In this document: positions 54,305 through 63,303 of the stretch, in pieces
How positions within the stretch are numbered: the stretch's first letter is position 1
How the letters are laid out: the number at the start of each line of letters is the position of its first letter
Assembly (NCBI GenBank): GCA_039656555.1
Contig: JBDHLU010000001.1
Location: 406-64,405, forward strand
Length of the DNA: 64,000 nt
DNA from: Gemmatimonadota bacterium
GTDB taxonomy: Bacteria > Gemmatimonadota > Gemmatimonadetes > Gemmatimonadales > GWC2-71-9
Direction of reading: 5' to 3'
Position numbers and translations under genes: made by a program
The notes under the pieces: model-generated
The model's database searches: none
Seen by the model: the letters and a program-made list of their open reading frames with translations, nothing else
Told to the model about the DNA's origin: nothing

Positions 54305-54799
54305 CTACTCGTCCGTCGATTTGTCCTGGTCACTAATCTCTTCGACTTCAGCCTCTTCTACGTCATCGCTGGTGGAACGAGACCATATCTTGCTGATTCC
54401 ATCTTCGATCCAGTCCGCGACATCATCGGCTGCATCCATGATGCGTACTGCAGCATCGCGCAGCGACTGTGGGATCTCGAAGTTCATCTCGGTTGAGGCC
54501 GCAGATTCGTCGGATTTCTCGCTGGTGTCTTCTGTTTTTTCGGTCTGTTCGTCGATCATGGGTGACATAACCTCCCTGAGAAGCTTGTCGGCCTTCTTGC
54601 GGTTCGCCGGGGTATTGGCGCCCACCGTACGCGACCGTCGCTTGCCGTCTTCGGTCCATTCGATCCGGACCCTGCCGTTGATCACATAACGCCGGCCGAC
54701 AGCAGGCGGTTCGCCTACCGTGCGAGAATAACGTGGATCCCGTTTACCGGCCATGAGATCCCTACGGTCGCCCATCCGGAAAGTGTCACACAGTTGCAA
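54305..54799 (-). CDS. Hypothetical protein with basic N-terminal half and strongly acidic C-terminal half
   Basis: RYVINGRVRIEWTEDGKRRSRTVGANTPANRKKADKLLREV loosely resembles integrase Arm/AP2-type N-terminal DNA-binding modules. The C-terminus is D/E/S-rich. Start is ambiguous (54799, 54775 or 54754). Confidence 0.4.
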   Translation of the reverse strand: MQLCDTFRMGDRRDLMAGKRDPRYSRTVGEPPAVGRRYVINGRVRIEWTEDGKRRSRTVGANTPANRKKADKLLREVMSPMIDEQTEKTEDTSEKSDESAASTEMNFEIPQSLRDAAVRIMDAADDVADWIEDGISKIWSRSTSDDVEEAEVEEISDQDKSTDE

Positions 54800-54864
54800 C
54801 TCGGGCGTGACGGGTACGACTGGTGATTGTAACAGCGACAGTCTGAGCAGAGAGGCATTCTGCG

Positions 54865-55259
54865 ATGACCGATTCCAAGGGTGAGAAGATCCTCCTGCTT
54901 GCCCGGGACGACGTCAAGGGCGTCGTATTCGAACGCCTTACCAACGAGGGGTTCGTTATTGGGGCAATATCGTCGGATGCCGAAGGAAGAATTCGTGGCG
55001 GCGATCGTGGATCTGGCGAAAGGCGGGCCCGATTTCGTTCGGCGCACGCTCGAGAACGAAGATGCGGCGCTTGTCGGGGACTACGCTGGATCCGAAGGTG
55101 GTGAGTGCGTTAGGCCGGGCCGTCGCACGCCACAAGACATTAGTTTTTGGGACGGTCGAGGGGCAACGGATAATGGGCCTGGCGGACTCGGTACCGAGAG
55201 GTCAACTTCGTGGATCCCACGTGCGTATGCTCGATACCCCCTCCAAGGACCAGTCATGA
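54865..55259 (+). pseudogene. Candidate frameshifted small gene (three protein-like segments in three frames) ending in ATGA coupling with the Vgb-like gene
   Basis: Three consecutive segments in different frames: 54865-~54980 (MTDSKGEKILLLARDDVKGVVFERLTNEGFVIG), ~54977-~55095 (MPKEEFVAAIVDLAKGGPDFVRRTLENEDAALVGDY) and ~55085-55259 (LDPKVVSALGRAVARHKTLVFGTVEGQRIMGLAD). Each has GC-rich third positions. The stop TGA 55257-55259 overlaps ATG 55256. Confidence 0.3.
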
Positions 55260-56314
55260 GAGCGTTGATCCTCATTGTAGTCGGTGCCGGGACGATGTTC
55301 GCTTCCTCGCAGCAGACCGCGCCAACGGTAGACGAATGGGAAGTCCCGTTCAAGATGGACTCTGCGGGCGTTCTCTACGACGAGTTCCCGAGCACGCGGC
55401 AAGAGGCGACGCGCCCCCGGGATCCGTACGTCCACCCTGACGGTCGCGTGTTCTTCTGTGGACAGGCGGGAAACTACATCGCGTCGCTCGACCCGGCGAC
55501 TGGTGAGTTCGTACGCTACGAGCTGCCGGACGGCACGTATCCCCACAACCTCATCATCGACGAGGATGGGATCGTGTGGTACGCGGGCAACCGCGATAGC
55601 CACATCGGGAGGCTGGATCCGGAAACCGGTGAGGTCACGAAGATCGTAATGCCCGACCCGGACGTCCGAGATCCACACACCCTCACCTGGGATAAGAACG
55701 GCGACATCTGGTTTACGGCGCAGTTTTCGAATTTTGTCGGGAAACTCACGGTCGCGACGCTCGAGGTGCAGCTGATCGAGGTTCCTACTGAGCGCGCTCG
55801 TCCGTATGGGATCGTGATGGGTGCCTCCGGCCTACGTCCGTGGATCGTGTTGTTTGGCACGAACAAACTTGCCACGATCGATCCAGAAACCATGGAGCTT
55901 ACGGAGTTTGTATTACCACGGCCCGAAACGCGCCCGCGCCGCATCGCGATGACGACGGACGGTCACGTGTGGTACGTTGATTTTGCCGGAGGGATGTTGG
56001 GGCGGTTCGATCCCGAGACCGAAGGTGTCCGCGAATGGGCTACGCCTGGTGGTCCCGAATCTCGACCGTACGCGCTAATGAACGACGATAAGGATAGGTT
56101 GTGGTTCTTCGAGGGCAAGCGGGGCGTCCCGGTCCAGATGGTTGGGTTTGACGCGACCACCCAGAAGTTTATCGGTTCAACGCCGTTGGAGAGCGGTCCA
56201 GGCACGGTGCGGCATGTCTACTTTCACCAGCCGACCAACGCGATCTACTTCGGTGCCGATGCGAACACCGTCGGGCGCGCTACGCTGCCGCCCGTGCGGG
56301 TGCTCGTACCGTAG
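55256..56314 (+). CDS. Vgb-like (streptogramin-lyase-type) beta-propeller repeat protein, secreted
   Basis: Signal peptide MRALILIVVGAGTMFASS. Repeated blades of type PH.L..D.DG.VW(Y/F)....(N/S).IGR(L/F)DP.TGE. The ORF-track entry starts at 54881, but the protein-like region starts at 55256. Confidence 0.7.
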   Translation: MRALILIVVGAGTMFASSQQTAPTVDEWEVPFKMDSAGVLYDEFPSTRQEATRPRDPYVHPDGRVFFCGQAGNYIASLDPATGEFVRYELPDGTYPHNLIIDEDGIVWYAGNRDSHIGRLDPETGEVTKIVMPDPDVRDPHTLTWDKNGDIWFTAQFSNFVGKLTVATLEVQLIEVPTERARPYGIVMGASGLRPWIVLFGTNKLATIDPETMELTEFVLPRPETRPRRIAMTTDGHVWYVDFAGGMLGRFDPETEGVREWATPGGPESRPYALMNDDKDRLWFFEGKRGVPVQMVGFDATTQKFIGSTPLESGPGTVRHVYFHQPTNAIYFGADANTVGRATLPPVRVLVP

Positions 56315-56343
56315 GCAAACACATGGTTAGGGAGAGAACACAT

Positions 56344-57243
56344 ATGAAATTGGCGTACGCGGTTGCGGTCGTTGGTATCTGTTTTTTGGCGGCACCTGCC
56401 GCCGGTGAAGCTCAGCGAGATTTCTCAGATGTCGTTATTACGGTAACGCATGTCGCAGGCGGCGTGTACATGCTGGAGGGTAGTGGAGGGAACATCGGTC
56501 TGCATGTGGGCGATGACGGAGCGTTTGTGGTGGACGATCAATTTGCCCCGCTCACCGATAAGATTATGGCTGCGATTCGAGAGGTCACCACCCAAGATGT
56601 GGAGTTCGTGATCAATACCCATTGGCACGGCGATCACACGGGCGGCAACGAGGCCATGGGCAAGTCCGGCGCGCTTATCGTTGCGCACGAGAACGTGCGC
56701 AAGCGGATGAATCCGGCGGAGTTCAAGAACCTCATTGGCAATTCCAACCAAGCGCCGCTCGGGGCGCTGCCAGTGGTCACGTTCACCGAGATGGTCACGT
56801 TTCATTGGAACAACGAGACGATGCACATCATCCACGTCGACCCCGCCCACACCGACGGAGACGCAATCGTCCACTTCGTCGACGCGAATGTGTTTCATAT
56901 GGGCGATCTGTTCTTCAACGGGCGCTACCCGTTCATCGACGTGAATAGTGGCGGCAACGCCGACGGCGTGATTGCGGCAGCAAACCGAACGCTCGAACAC
57001 GTCAATGCCGAGACCAAGCTCATTCCCGGGCACGGCACCCTGGCAACGCCGGACGACCTACAGGCTTACCGCGACATGCTCGTGGCAGTCCGCAGCAACG
57101 TGGAAGGACTGGTGCGTCAGGGGATGAGCGAGGACGAGGTGGTTGCGGCAGCCCCAACGGCCGAGTTCGATGAGGAGTGGGCGGCAGGGCGGGACCCCAG
57201 CGGGTTCGTTCAGGCGATGTATCGGGCGGTGACCGGCAACTAG
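56344..57243 (+). CDS. MBL-fold metallo-hydrolase, secreted
   Basis: Signal peptide, THWHGDHTGGN (HxHxDH), PAHTDGD and PGHG. AGGGAGAG RBS before ATG 56344. Confidence 0.85.
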   Translation: MKLAYAVAVVGICFLAAPAAGEAQRDFSDVVITVTHVAGGVYMLEGSGGNIGLHVGDDGAFVVDDQFAPLTDKIMAAIREVTTQDVEFVINTHWHGDHTGGNEAMGKSGALIVAHENVRKRMNPAEFKNLIGNSNQAPLGALPVVTFTEMVTFHWNNETMHIIHVDPAHTDGDAIVHFVDANVFHMGDLFFNGRYPFIDVNSGGNADGVIAAANRTLEHVNAETKLIPGHGTLATPDDLQAYRDMLVAVRSNVEGLVRQGMSEDEVVAAAPTAEFDEEWAAGRDPSGFVQAMYRAVTGN

Positions 57244-57288
57244 GGGGATCCAGGAGGTTCCCCTTTGATCCTCTTTCTGTAGGCACCT

Positions 57289-57332
57289 CCCCCTATCCCA
57301 CTATCCCGCTATCCCACTAGCTTACCTACCCC
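57289..57332 (+). repeat. 8-bp-periodic C-tract element, copy B (CTATCCCR x3.5); G-quadruplex-capable on the minus strand
   Basis: ccCCCCCTATCCCACTATCCCGCTATCCCACTAgcttacctacccc, with C-tracts at 57289, 57297, 57305, 57313 and 57329. It lies between the MBL stop (57243) and the dehydrogenase ATG (57354). Confidence 0.7.
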
Positions 57333-57353
57333 GACATACAAGGATCCGGAGGA

Positions 57354-58427
57354 ATGCCTTCATACAAGATTGGCGTGCTTGGTGGGGACGGGATCGGCCC
57401 CGAGGTCACGGCAGAAGCGCTCAAAGCTCTTGAAGCAGTCTCGGAGCTGGAAGACTTCACCTATGAGTTGGTCGACTACCCGCATAGTGGAGAGCATTAC
57501 CTCAAGACCAAGGAGCTCGTGACCGATGACCTGATTGATGAGTGGCGCACGCTGGATGCTGTTCTTCTTGGGGCCATTGGCCACCCGGACGTGGAACCAG
57601 GATTGGTGGAGCGATCGGTCATTCTTGGGCTTCGTTTTGGTCTCGATCTCTATATCAACCTCCGCCCGATCAAGCTCTATACCGAAGCGTTGTGCCCCCT
57701 CAAAGGGAAAAAACCGGAAGACATCGACTTCGTGGTCGTTCGGGAGAATACCGAAGGGATGTACTCTCAGATTGGTGGGCACCTGAAGAAAAACACGCCG
57801 GACGAAGTTGCATTGGTCAACGGAGTCTATACGTGGAAAGGTTGCGAGCGGGCAAGCCGGTATGCGTTCGAACTTGCCGCAACAGGCAAGACCGCGGGAC
57901 GTACAGGGCGCGTCACGTTGGTGGACAAGCACAATGCCATCCGGGCGCATGATATATGGGAACGTGCGTATAACTCTGTGGCAGATGACTTTCCTGACAT
58001 AGAACGGGACCATGCCTACGTCGATGCATGCTGCATGTGGATGATTAAGAACCCCGAATGGTTCGACGTGATCGTCACTACCAATCTCTTCGGTGACATC
58101 ATCACGGATATTGGTGCCATGCTCCAAGGGGGTATGGGAATCGCGGCGTCGGGAAACATTCACCCGGGGCAGACTTCGATGTTCGAGCCGATCCACGGAT
58201 CAGCGCCCAAATACACGGGCAAGAACATCGCGTGTCCGCTCGGCGCTATTGCCTCGGTATCCATGATGTTGGATTTCTTGGGTGAGATCAGCGCGGCCAA
58301 ACGCATAGATGGGGCGATGGAAGCACTGCTCACGAGCGGTAAGGTCAGATCGGCGGATGCGCGGAGTGGAATCGCAACAGATGCGATGGGCAATATGGTG
58401 GTCGATTTGATTAGGCAGGCGACGTAG
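57354..58427 (+). CDS. Isocitrate/isopropylmalate dehydrogenase family protein (LeuB or tartrate/D-malate dehydrogenase type)
   Basis: YKIGVLGGDGIGPEV, LRFGLDLYINLRP, VVVRENTEG and NLFGDIITD. Substrate cannot be assigned by eye. Confidence 0.85.
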   Translation: MPSYKIGVLGGDGIGPEVTAEALKALEAVSELEDFTYELVDYPHSGEHYLKTKELVTDDLIDEWRTLDAVLLGAIGHPDVEPGLVERSVILGLRFGLDLYINLRPIKLYTEALCPLKGKKPEDIDFVVVRENTEGMYSQIGGHLKKNTPDEVALVNGVYTWKGCERASRYAFELAATGKTAGRTGRVTLVDKHNAIRAHDIWERAYNSVADDFPDIERDHAYVDACCMWMIKNPEWFDVIVTTNLFGDIITDIGAMLQGGMGIAASGNIHPGQTSMFEPIHGSAPKYTGKNIACPLGAIASVSMMLDFLGEISAAKRIDGAMEALLTSGKVRSADARSGIATDAMGNMVVDLIRQAT

Positions 58428-58516
58428 GCGGGAAGTGTCAACGGTTCCTGGTAGCCGAGCGTAGTACCCGGCGATATCCTTCCTTTCTTGCCATAAACCG
58501 TTCAGGAGTAGCGCTT

Positions 58517-61276
58517 ATGTCCTCTCGTGTGTTCGCACGATGGGTGGGGACGGCCGCCGCTGTAGCCCTTCTTGGGGTGGCGCGCCCGGCCGACGCACAG
58601 CTTACCTCGCCATCGCACTACGCAATCACGAATGCCCGCATTATCACTGGCACCGGCCAGACCATCGATGGGGGCACAATTCTGATGAAGGACGGCCTCA
58701 TCTCGGCCGTTGGAAGCAACGTCGACGTTCCGGCGGACGCGTGGACGATCGACGGAACCGGGATGACGGTCTATCCTGGCCTGATCGACGCGATGTCCAA
58801 CGTAGCGGTACCCGAATCGATGCTCCGCCCGGCTGGTGGTGGTGGGTTCGGGTTCGGCGCCGGAGGCCCCGGCGGTCAGGGTGGCCGGGACATCGAGCAG
58901 GCCCCCCATTCCTGGGGTCCTGAGGACCGCCCCGGTACGCTCTCATGGCTGAACGCGGCTGACGAACTCGATACTGAAGATGACGATATCGAGTCCTGGC
59001 GGAACGCAGGGTTCACGACAGCGATTGTATCGCCCGAACGGGGCTTTTTCCCCGGGCAGGCGGCCGTCATCAATCTTGCGACCGCTGGGCGACCGCGAGA
59101 GATGGTGGTAAGGACGCCGGTTGCTCTCCGAGTGAACCTCAACAGCGGGCCTGGCTTTCCCGGCTACCCAGGATCACTAATGGGTGCCATTGCGTACGTG
59201 AAACAGGCGTTCTTCGATGCGGCCCACTATGGGCAAGCGTGGAGGATCTACGAAGAGTCTCCCTCGGGTCTCGAACGCCCCGAATGGGATCGCGCACTGG
59301 AGCCGCTGCGGATGGCGCAAGAGACGCAGATGACGGTGTTGTATCCCGGCAATTGGGCGCGAGAAGTCAAGCGGGTGTTCGACATCGCGCGACAAACGGG
59401 AACCAATCCGGTCGTGTATGGAGCGCAGGAAGGGTATCGAATGGCGGACGAGTTGGCAGCCGCCGCGGTGCCGGTGCTGCTGAACGCCTCGTGGCCCGAG
59501 CCCCCCCGCAACGCGAATCCGGATCAAGACTATCCGTTGAGCACATTGCGGTTCCGTGATCGTGCACCAACCACACCAGCGGAGTTCGAACGCGCCGGCG
59601 TTAAGTTCGCGTTCTATTCGGGTGGAGCTGACCCCAGCAAACTCATGCGCAATCTGCGCAAGGCCATTGCGATGGGTTTGTCTCCGGAAGCAGCGTTGCA
59701 CGCGCTCACCATGGCTCCGGCTGAGATTTTCGGTGTGAGTGAGGTGGTGGGCAGCCTGCAAGAGGGGAAGATCGCGAACGTGGTGGTGACGGACGGTGAT
59801 CTATTCACGCGCGGTACGAACGTGAAGATGGTCTTCGTCGATGGCCAGAAGTTCGAAGTGCCGGAAACCAAAACGGCAGCCAGGCCCGGTAGGCGGGGAC
59901 CTGGAGCGCGCGGTGGCGACACGGAGGCAGAAGAGACCTCGGAAGAGAATTTTGCTCCTCCGATTCCGATGACGGTCGATAGAGGTGTCATCGATCCAGC
60001 CGACGTCACGATCATTCGCAATGCCACGGTCATGACGGTCTCCAACGGTACGATGGAAAATACCGACGTGCTGATCCGGGACGGAAAGATCGCGGAGATT
60101 GGGCAAAACCTTTCCGCTCCAAACGGCGCGAAGGTAATAGATGCGACCGGGAAGTATGTGACGCCCGGGATCATCGACGCCCATTCACATCTAGCGGCTG
60201 ACGCAATCAATGAGGGTTCCGTCAACGTGTCGGCGATGGTCGGGATCAAGGACGTGTTGAATCCCGATCAGATCGGGATCTACCGTGCGCTCGCCGGGGG
60301 TGTAACCAGTGCCAATATTCTCCACGGCAGTGCCAATCCAGTCGGCGGCCGCAATGCTGTGGTCAAGTTCCGGTGGGGGAGTGATGCCGACGCGATGTAC
60401 ATGGAGGGCGCACCCGAGGGAATCAAGTTTGCCCTCGGTGAGAACACAAAACGTGACCGGAACCCGGATCGCTATCCGGCAACCCGGATGGGTGTGCAGG
60501 ATGTGATTCGCCAGGTGTTCGTGGAGGCGCGCCAGTACCGGAAGGATTGGCAGGAATACGACGCGGCGCGTGCCCGGGGTGAGACGGTGATCCCCCCACG
60601 GGTGGATCTCAAACTCCAAACGATGGCGGAGATCCTGGAAGGTACTCGCTTGGTGCACGCGCATTCCTACCGTGCAGACGAGATCCTGCAACTGATCCGT
60701 TTGGCCGATGAGTTCGGCTTCAGGATCGCCACGTTCCAGCACGTACTGGAAGGCTACAAGGTAGCCGACGAGATCGCGGCGCACGGAGCTGGTGCATCGA
60801 CGTTCTCCGACTGGTGGGGGTACAAGGTCGAGGCCTACGAGGCCATTCCGTACAATGCAGCCTTGATGACCGAGCGGGGCGTCACGGCGTCGATTAACTC
60901 CGATAGCGGTGAAGAGATTCGCCACCTGAATCAGGAAGCAGCGAAGTCAATCAAGTGGGGTGGTTTGACCGAGGACCAGGCCCTTGCGCTCGTGACGCTG
61001 AATCCGGCAAAGCAACTGGGTGTCTCGGATCACGTAGGGTCGCTCGAGGTCGGGAAGGATGCCGACATCGTCATCTTCAACAATCACCCGCTCAGCGTCT
61101 ATGGCGTAGTCGAACAGACGATCATCGACGGTCAGGTCTACTTCGATCGTGAAGTGGATCTGCAGCGACGGGATGCCTTGGAAGCAGAGAAGAAGGCGCT
61201 CATGGACAAGGAAAAGGGCAGCACACAGCGTCCACGCGTCACCACTGACGACGCCGGGCAGGAGGAGCTCAACTAA
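58517..61276 (+). CDS. Large secreted amidohydrolase-family protein (two amidohydrolase-like modules)
   Basis: Signal peptide. VYPGLIDA followed later by TPGIIDAHSHLA (HxH), HAHSYRADE, and C-terminal GSLEVGKDADIVIF. Gly-rich insert at ~58829-58887. Confidence 0.8.
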   Translation: MSSRVFARWVGTAAAVALLGVARPADAQLTSPSHYAITNARIITGTGQTIDGGTILMKDGLISAVGSNVDVPADAWTIDGTGMTVYPGLIDAMSNVAVPESMLRPAGGGGFGFGAGGPGGQGGRDIEQAPHSWGPEDRPGTLSWLNAADELDTEDDDIESWRNAGFTTAIVSPERGFFPGQAAVINLATAGRPREMVVRTPVALRVNLNSGPGFPGYPGSLMGAIAYVKQAFFDAAHYGQAWRIYEESPSGLERPEWDRALEPLRMAQETQMTVLYPGNWAREVKRVFDIARQTGTNPVVYGAQEGYRMADELAAAAVPVLLNASWPEPPRNANPDQDYPLSTLRFRDRAPTTPAEFERAGVKFAFYSGGADPSKLMRNLRKAIAMGLSPEAALHALTMAPAEIFGVSEVVGSLQEGKIANVVVTDGDLFTRGTNVKMVFVDGQKFEVPETKTAARPGRRGPGARGGDTEAEETSEENFAPPIPMTVDRGVIDPADVTIIRNATVMTVSNGTMENTDVLIRDGKIAEIGQNLSAPNGAKVIDATGKYVTPGIIDAHSHLAADAINEGSVNVSAMVGIKDVLNPDQIGIYRALAGGVTSANILHGSANPVGGRNAVVKFRWGSDADAMYMEGAPEGIKFALGENTKRDRNPDRYPATRMGVQDVIRQVFVEARQYRKDWQEYDAARARGETVIPPRVDLKLQTMAEILEGTRLVHAHSYRADEILQLIRLADEFGFRIATFQHVLEGYKVADEIAAHGAGASTFSDWWGYKVEAYEAIPYNAALMTERGVTASINSDSGEEIRHLNQEAAKSIKWGGLTEDQALALVTLNPAKQLGVSDHVGSLEVGKDADIVIFNNHPLSVYGVVEQTIIDGQVYFDREVDLQRRDALEAEKKALMDKEKGSTQRPRVTTDDAGQEELN

Positions 61277-62571
61277 TGAAACTCACACGCATACTGTCGA
61301 GTGCCGCCGTTGTTTCGGCGTTCGTGGCGGCACCGGCGATAGGTCAAGAGACGATTGCGATCCGCGGTGCGAAAATCACCACGATGGCCGGTCCAGTCAT
61401 CGAATCCGGCACAGTCGTTATTCAGGATGGGTTGATTACGGCCGTAGGCGCCAATGTCTCCGTGCCCGCAGGGGCCAGAGTCATCGACGGAAGCGGACTC
61501 GAGGTCTATCCGGGTATGTTCGATGCGGTCACCCAACTTGGCCTCACCGAAATTGGTGCGGTGGCCGTGACCAACGACCGCATGGAGTTGGGCACTTTCA
61601 ATCCCCATCTTCTTGGTAGGACCGCGGTGCATCCCTCATCGGCACACATTCCAGTCGCTCGCGCTAGCGGTATCACGCACGCGGTCGCTGCACCTGACGC
61701 TAGGAGTGGTGGGATTGGTGGTCAGGCGTCGCTCATGCACCTCGATGGGTGGACGATCGAAGAGATGCTGATCGACGAATCGGTCGGATTCATCGTGAGC
61801 TGGCCGAGCCTCCGTGGTGGTGGCCGCCGGTTCGGCGGGTTCGGTGGCGGCCGTAGTGGCGGGAACTACGAACAGCAGCTCGAACGGTACGATGCCGCCG
61901 TCGATCAACTCGACGAGTGGCTCACCCAATCGCGACAGTACGATCAGGCTGTCAAGGCAGGATCGGATCTGCCCCGTGACCTACGCCTCGAGGCGATGGG
62001 TAGGGTCATCAGCGGAGACCGCCCGTTGCTCATCAATGCGAGCACCGTCAAGCAGATGCGGGATGCGATCGCGTTCGGCGAACGGAACAACGTTCGTATC
62101 GTCCTACTCCGTGCCACGGAGGCGTACAAAATGGTCGCTGAACTTGCCGCGGCCAACGTCCCCCTGATCATTGGGCCCACGCAGTCCATGCCGCGAGACG
62201 AGATCAGCTACGATCAGATGTACGGCATGCCTGGCGTGTTGTACGACGCTGGGGTCAAGTTTGCGCTCGCGACATTTAACGCATCGAACTCGCGCACACT
62301 GCCCTACGAAATCGGCTCAGCCGTGTCGTTCGGTTTGCCGCGAGACGAAGCGTTGAAGGCGATTACGATCAACGCGGCCGAGATCTACGGTTTCGGTGAC
62401 CAGCTCGGGTCGATCGAAGAAGGCAAGATTGCCAACCTCGTGGTAACTGATGGTGATCTTCTGGAGATCGCGACGCAAGTGAAGTTCTTGATCATCAACG
62501 GCGTTGACGTCGGTCTCGACAACAAGCACCTCGAGTTGTACGAGAAGTATCGGTCGCGGCCGAGGCCATGA
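61276..62571 (+). CDS. Amidohydrolase-family protein (degenerate metal site), secreted
   Basis: Signal peptide, VYPGMFDA, and C-terminal GSIEEGKIANLVVTDGD. Gly/Arg-rich insert at ~61811-61865. The start overlaps the upstream stop by 1 nt (TAATG). Confidence 0.75.
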   Translation: MKLTRILSSAAVVSAFVAAPAIGQETIAIRGAKITTMAGPVIESGTVVIQDGLITAVGANVSVPAGARVIDGSGLEVYPGMFDAVTQLGLTEIGAVAVTNDRMELGTFNPHLLGRTAVHPSSAHIPVARASGITHAVAAPDARSGGIGGQASLMHLDGWTIEEMLIDESVGFIVSWPSLRGGGRRFGGFGGGRSGGNYEQQLERYDAAVDQLDEWLTQSRQYDQAVKAGSDLPRDLRLEAMGRVISGDRPLLINASTVKQMRDAIAFGERNNVRIVLLRATEAYKMVAELAAANVPLIIGPTQSMPRDEISYDQMYGMPGVLYDAGVKFALATFNASNSRTLPYEIGSAVSFGLPRDEALKAITINAAEIYGFGDQLGSIEEGKIANLVVTDGDLLEIATQVKFLIINGVDVGLDNKHLELYEKYRSRPRP

Positions 62572-62574
62572 TAG

Positions 62575-62625
62575 TCGATAGCAAGGCGGGGACGAGCATG
62601 GTGCTCGTCCCCGCCTTGCTATCGA
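62575..62625. terminator. Perfect 23-bp-stem hairpin between convergent genes (bidirectional terminator candidate)
   Basis: TCGATAGCAAGGCGGGGACGAGC (62575-62597), loop ATGGT, GCTCGTCCCCGCCTTGCTATCGA (62603-62625). No U-tract. Confidence 0.7.
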
Positions 62626-62643
62626 CCCTCGACGATGGACCAC

Positions 62644-63303
62644 CTACGGATACAATCGCACCACCCTCCACCCATCCCCGTCCCCATCCCTCTCATACCG
62701 CAATCGGTCGTGCAACCGATTGAGCTTCCCTTGCCAAAACTCGATGCGTTTCGGAATGAGTCGAAAGCCGCCCCAAAAAGGAGGTAGAGGAATGTCATTG
62801 CCGGGGTACTTGGCATCGAACTCCTTCACGCGTTTTTCGATTTCCGCCGGCGTGCTCAGCACTCTGCTCTGCTCCGATGCCCACGCTCCAATACGACTCC
62901 CGCGGGGCCTAAACTTGAAGTAGGCAAAGGATTCATCTTCGGTGAGCTTGTCTATCGAGCCCTCTACCCGAACCTGACGCTCCAGGATTGGCCAATGCAT
63001 GACGATGGCGGCTCGTGGGTTGTCGGCGAGTTCATCGCCCTTTCGACTCTCGTAGTTCGTAAAGAACGCGAACCCTCTTTGGTCGGCACCCTTGAGAAGC
63101 ATCATGCGAGCCGACGGGATTCCTTCGGCGGTTGCCGTAGCGAGGGTCATCGCTTCAGGAAGGAGGATGCCGGCGTCCTTTGCTTCTTCAAACCACTTGT
63201 TGAAGAATACGATCGGATCGTCCGATGGCGTTAGTTCGGGAAGCCCCCTTGTGACTCCCCGGCCCATCGTGAATACCGTCCTGATCTTCGCAAGCAGCGA
63301 CAT
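62644..63303 (-). CDS. pdxH: Pyridoxamine 5'-phosphate oxidase
   Basis: PNAMTLATA-type region (EAMTLATATAEGIPSARMMLLKG), FFTNYESRKG, and the C-terminal signature RIEFWQGKLNRLHDRLRY...RLYP. Confidence 0.9.
   Translation of the reverse strand: MSLLAKIRTVFTMGRGVTRGLPELTPSDDPIVFFNKWFEEAKDAGILLPEAMTLATATAEGIPSARMMLLKGADQRGFAFFTNYESRKGDELADNPRAAIVMHWPILERQVRVEGSIDKLTEDESFAYFKFRPRGSRIGAWASEQSRVLSTPAEIEKRVKEFDAKYPGNDIPLPPFWGGFRLIPKRIEFWQGKLNRLHDRLRYERDGDGDGWRVVRLYP

Noticed and set aside
54305-54799. The hypothetical basic/acidic protein considered as the remnant of a phage integrase or mobile element.
   Set aside because: Only a loose resemblance to integrase Arm/AP2-type N-terminal modules is visible. 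There is no catalytic tyrosine-recombinase domain, no flanking repeats, no tRNA target, and no other phage or IS genes nearby. I kept it as hypothetical.
57244-57275. A possible intrinsic terminator after the MBL gene (GGGGGATCCAGGAGGTTCCCCTTTGATCCTCTTTCTGT).
   Set aside because: The stem is only ~5 bp (GGGGA/TCCCC), with alternative competing pairings. That is too weak to call, although the T-rich tail is suggestive.
62644-62700. A third C-tract stretch (ccacccatccccgtccccatccc) resembling the 8-bp C-tract elements.
   Set aside because: It lies inside the pdxH coding sequence on the opposite strand, where it encodes DGDGDGW. Its tract spacing is irregular rather than 8 bp, and it lacks the shared CCCCCTATCCC / ATCCCACTA cores. 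It is probably coincidental composition.
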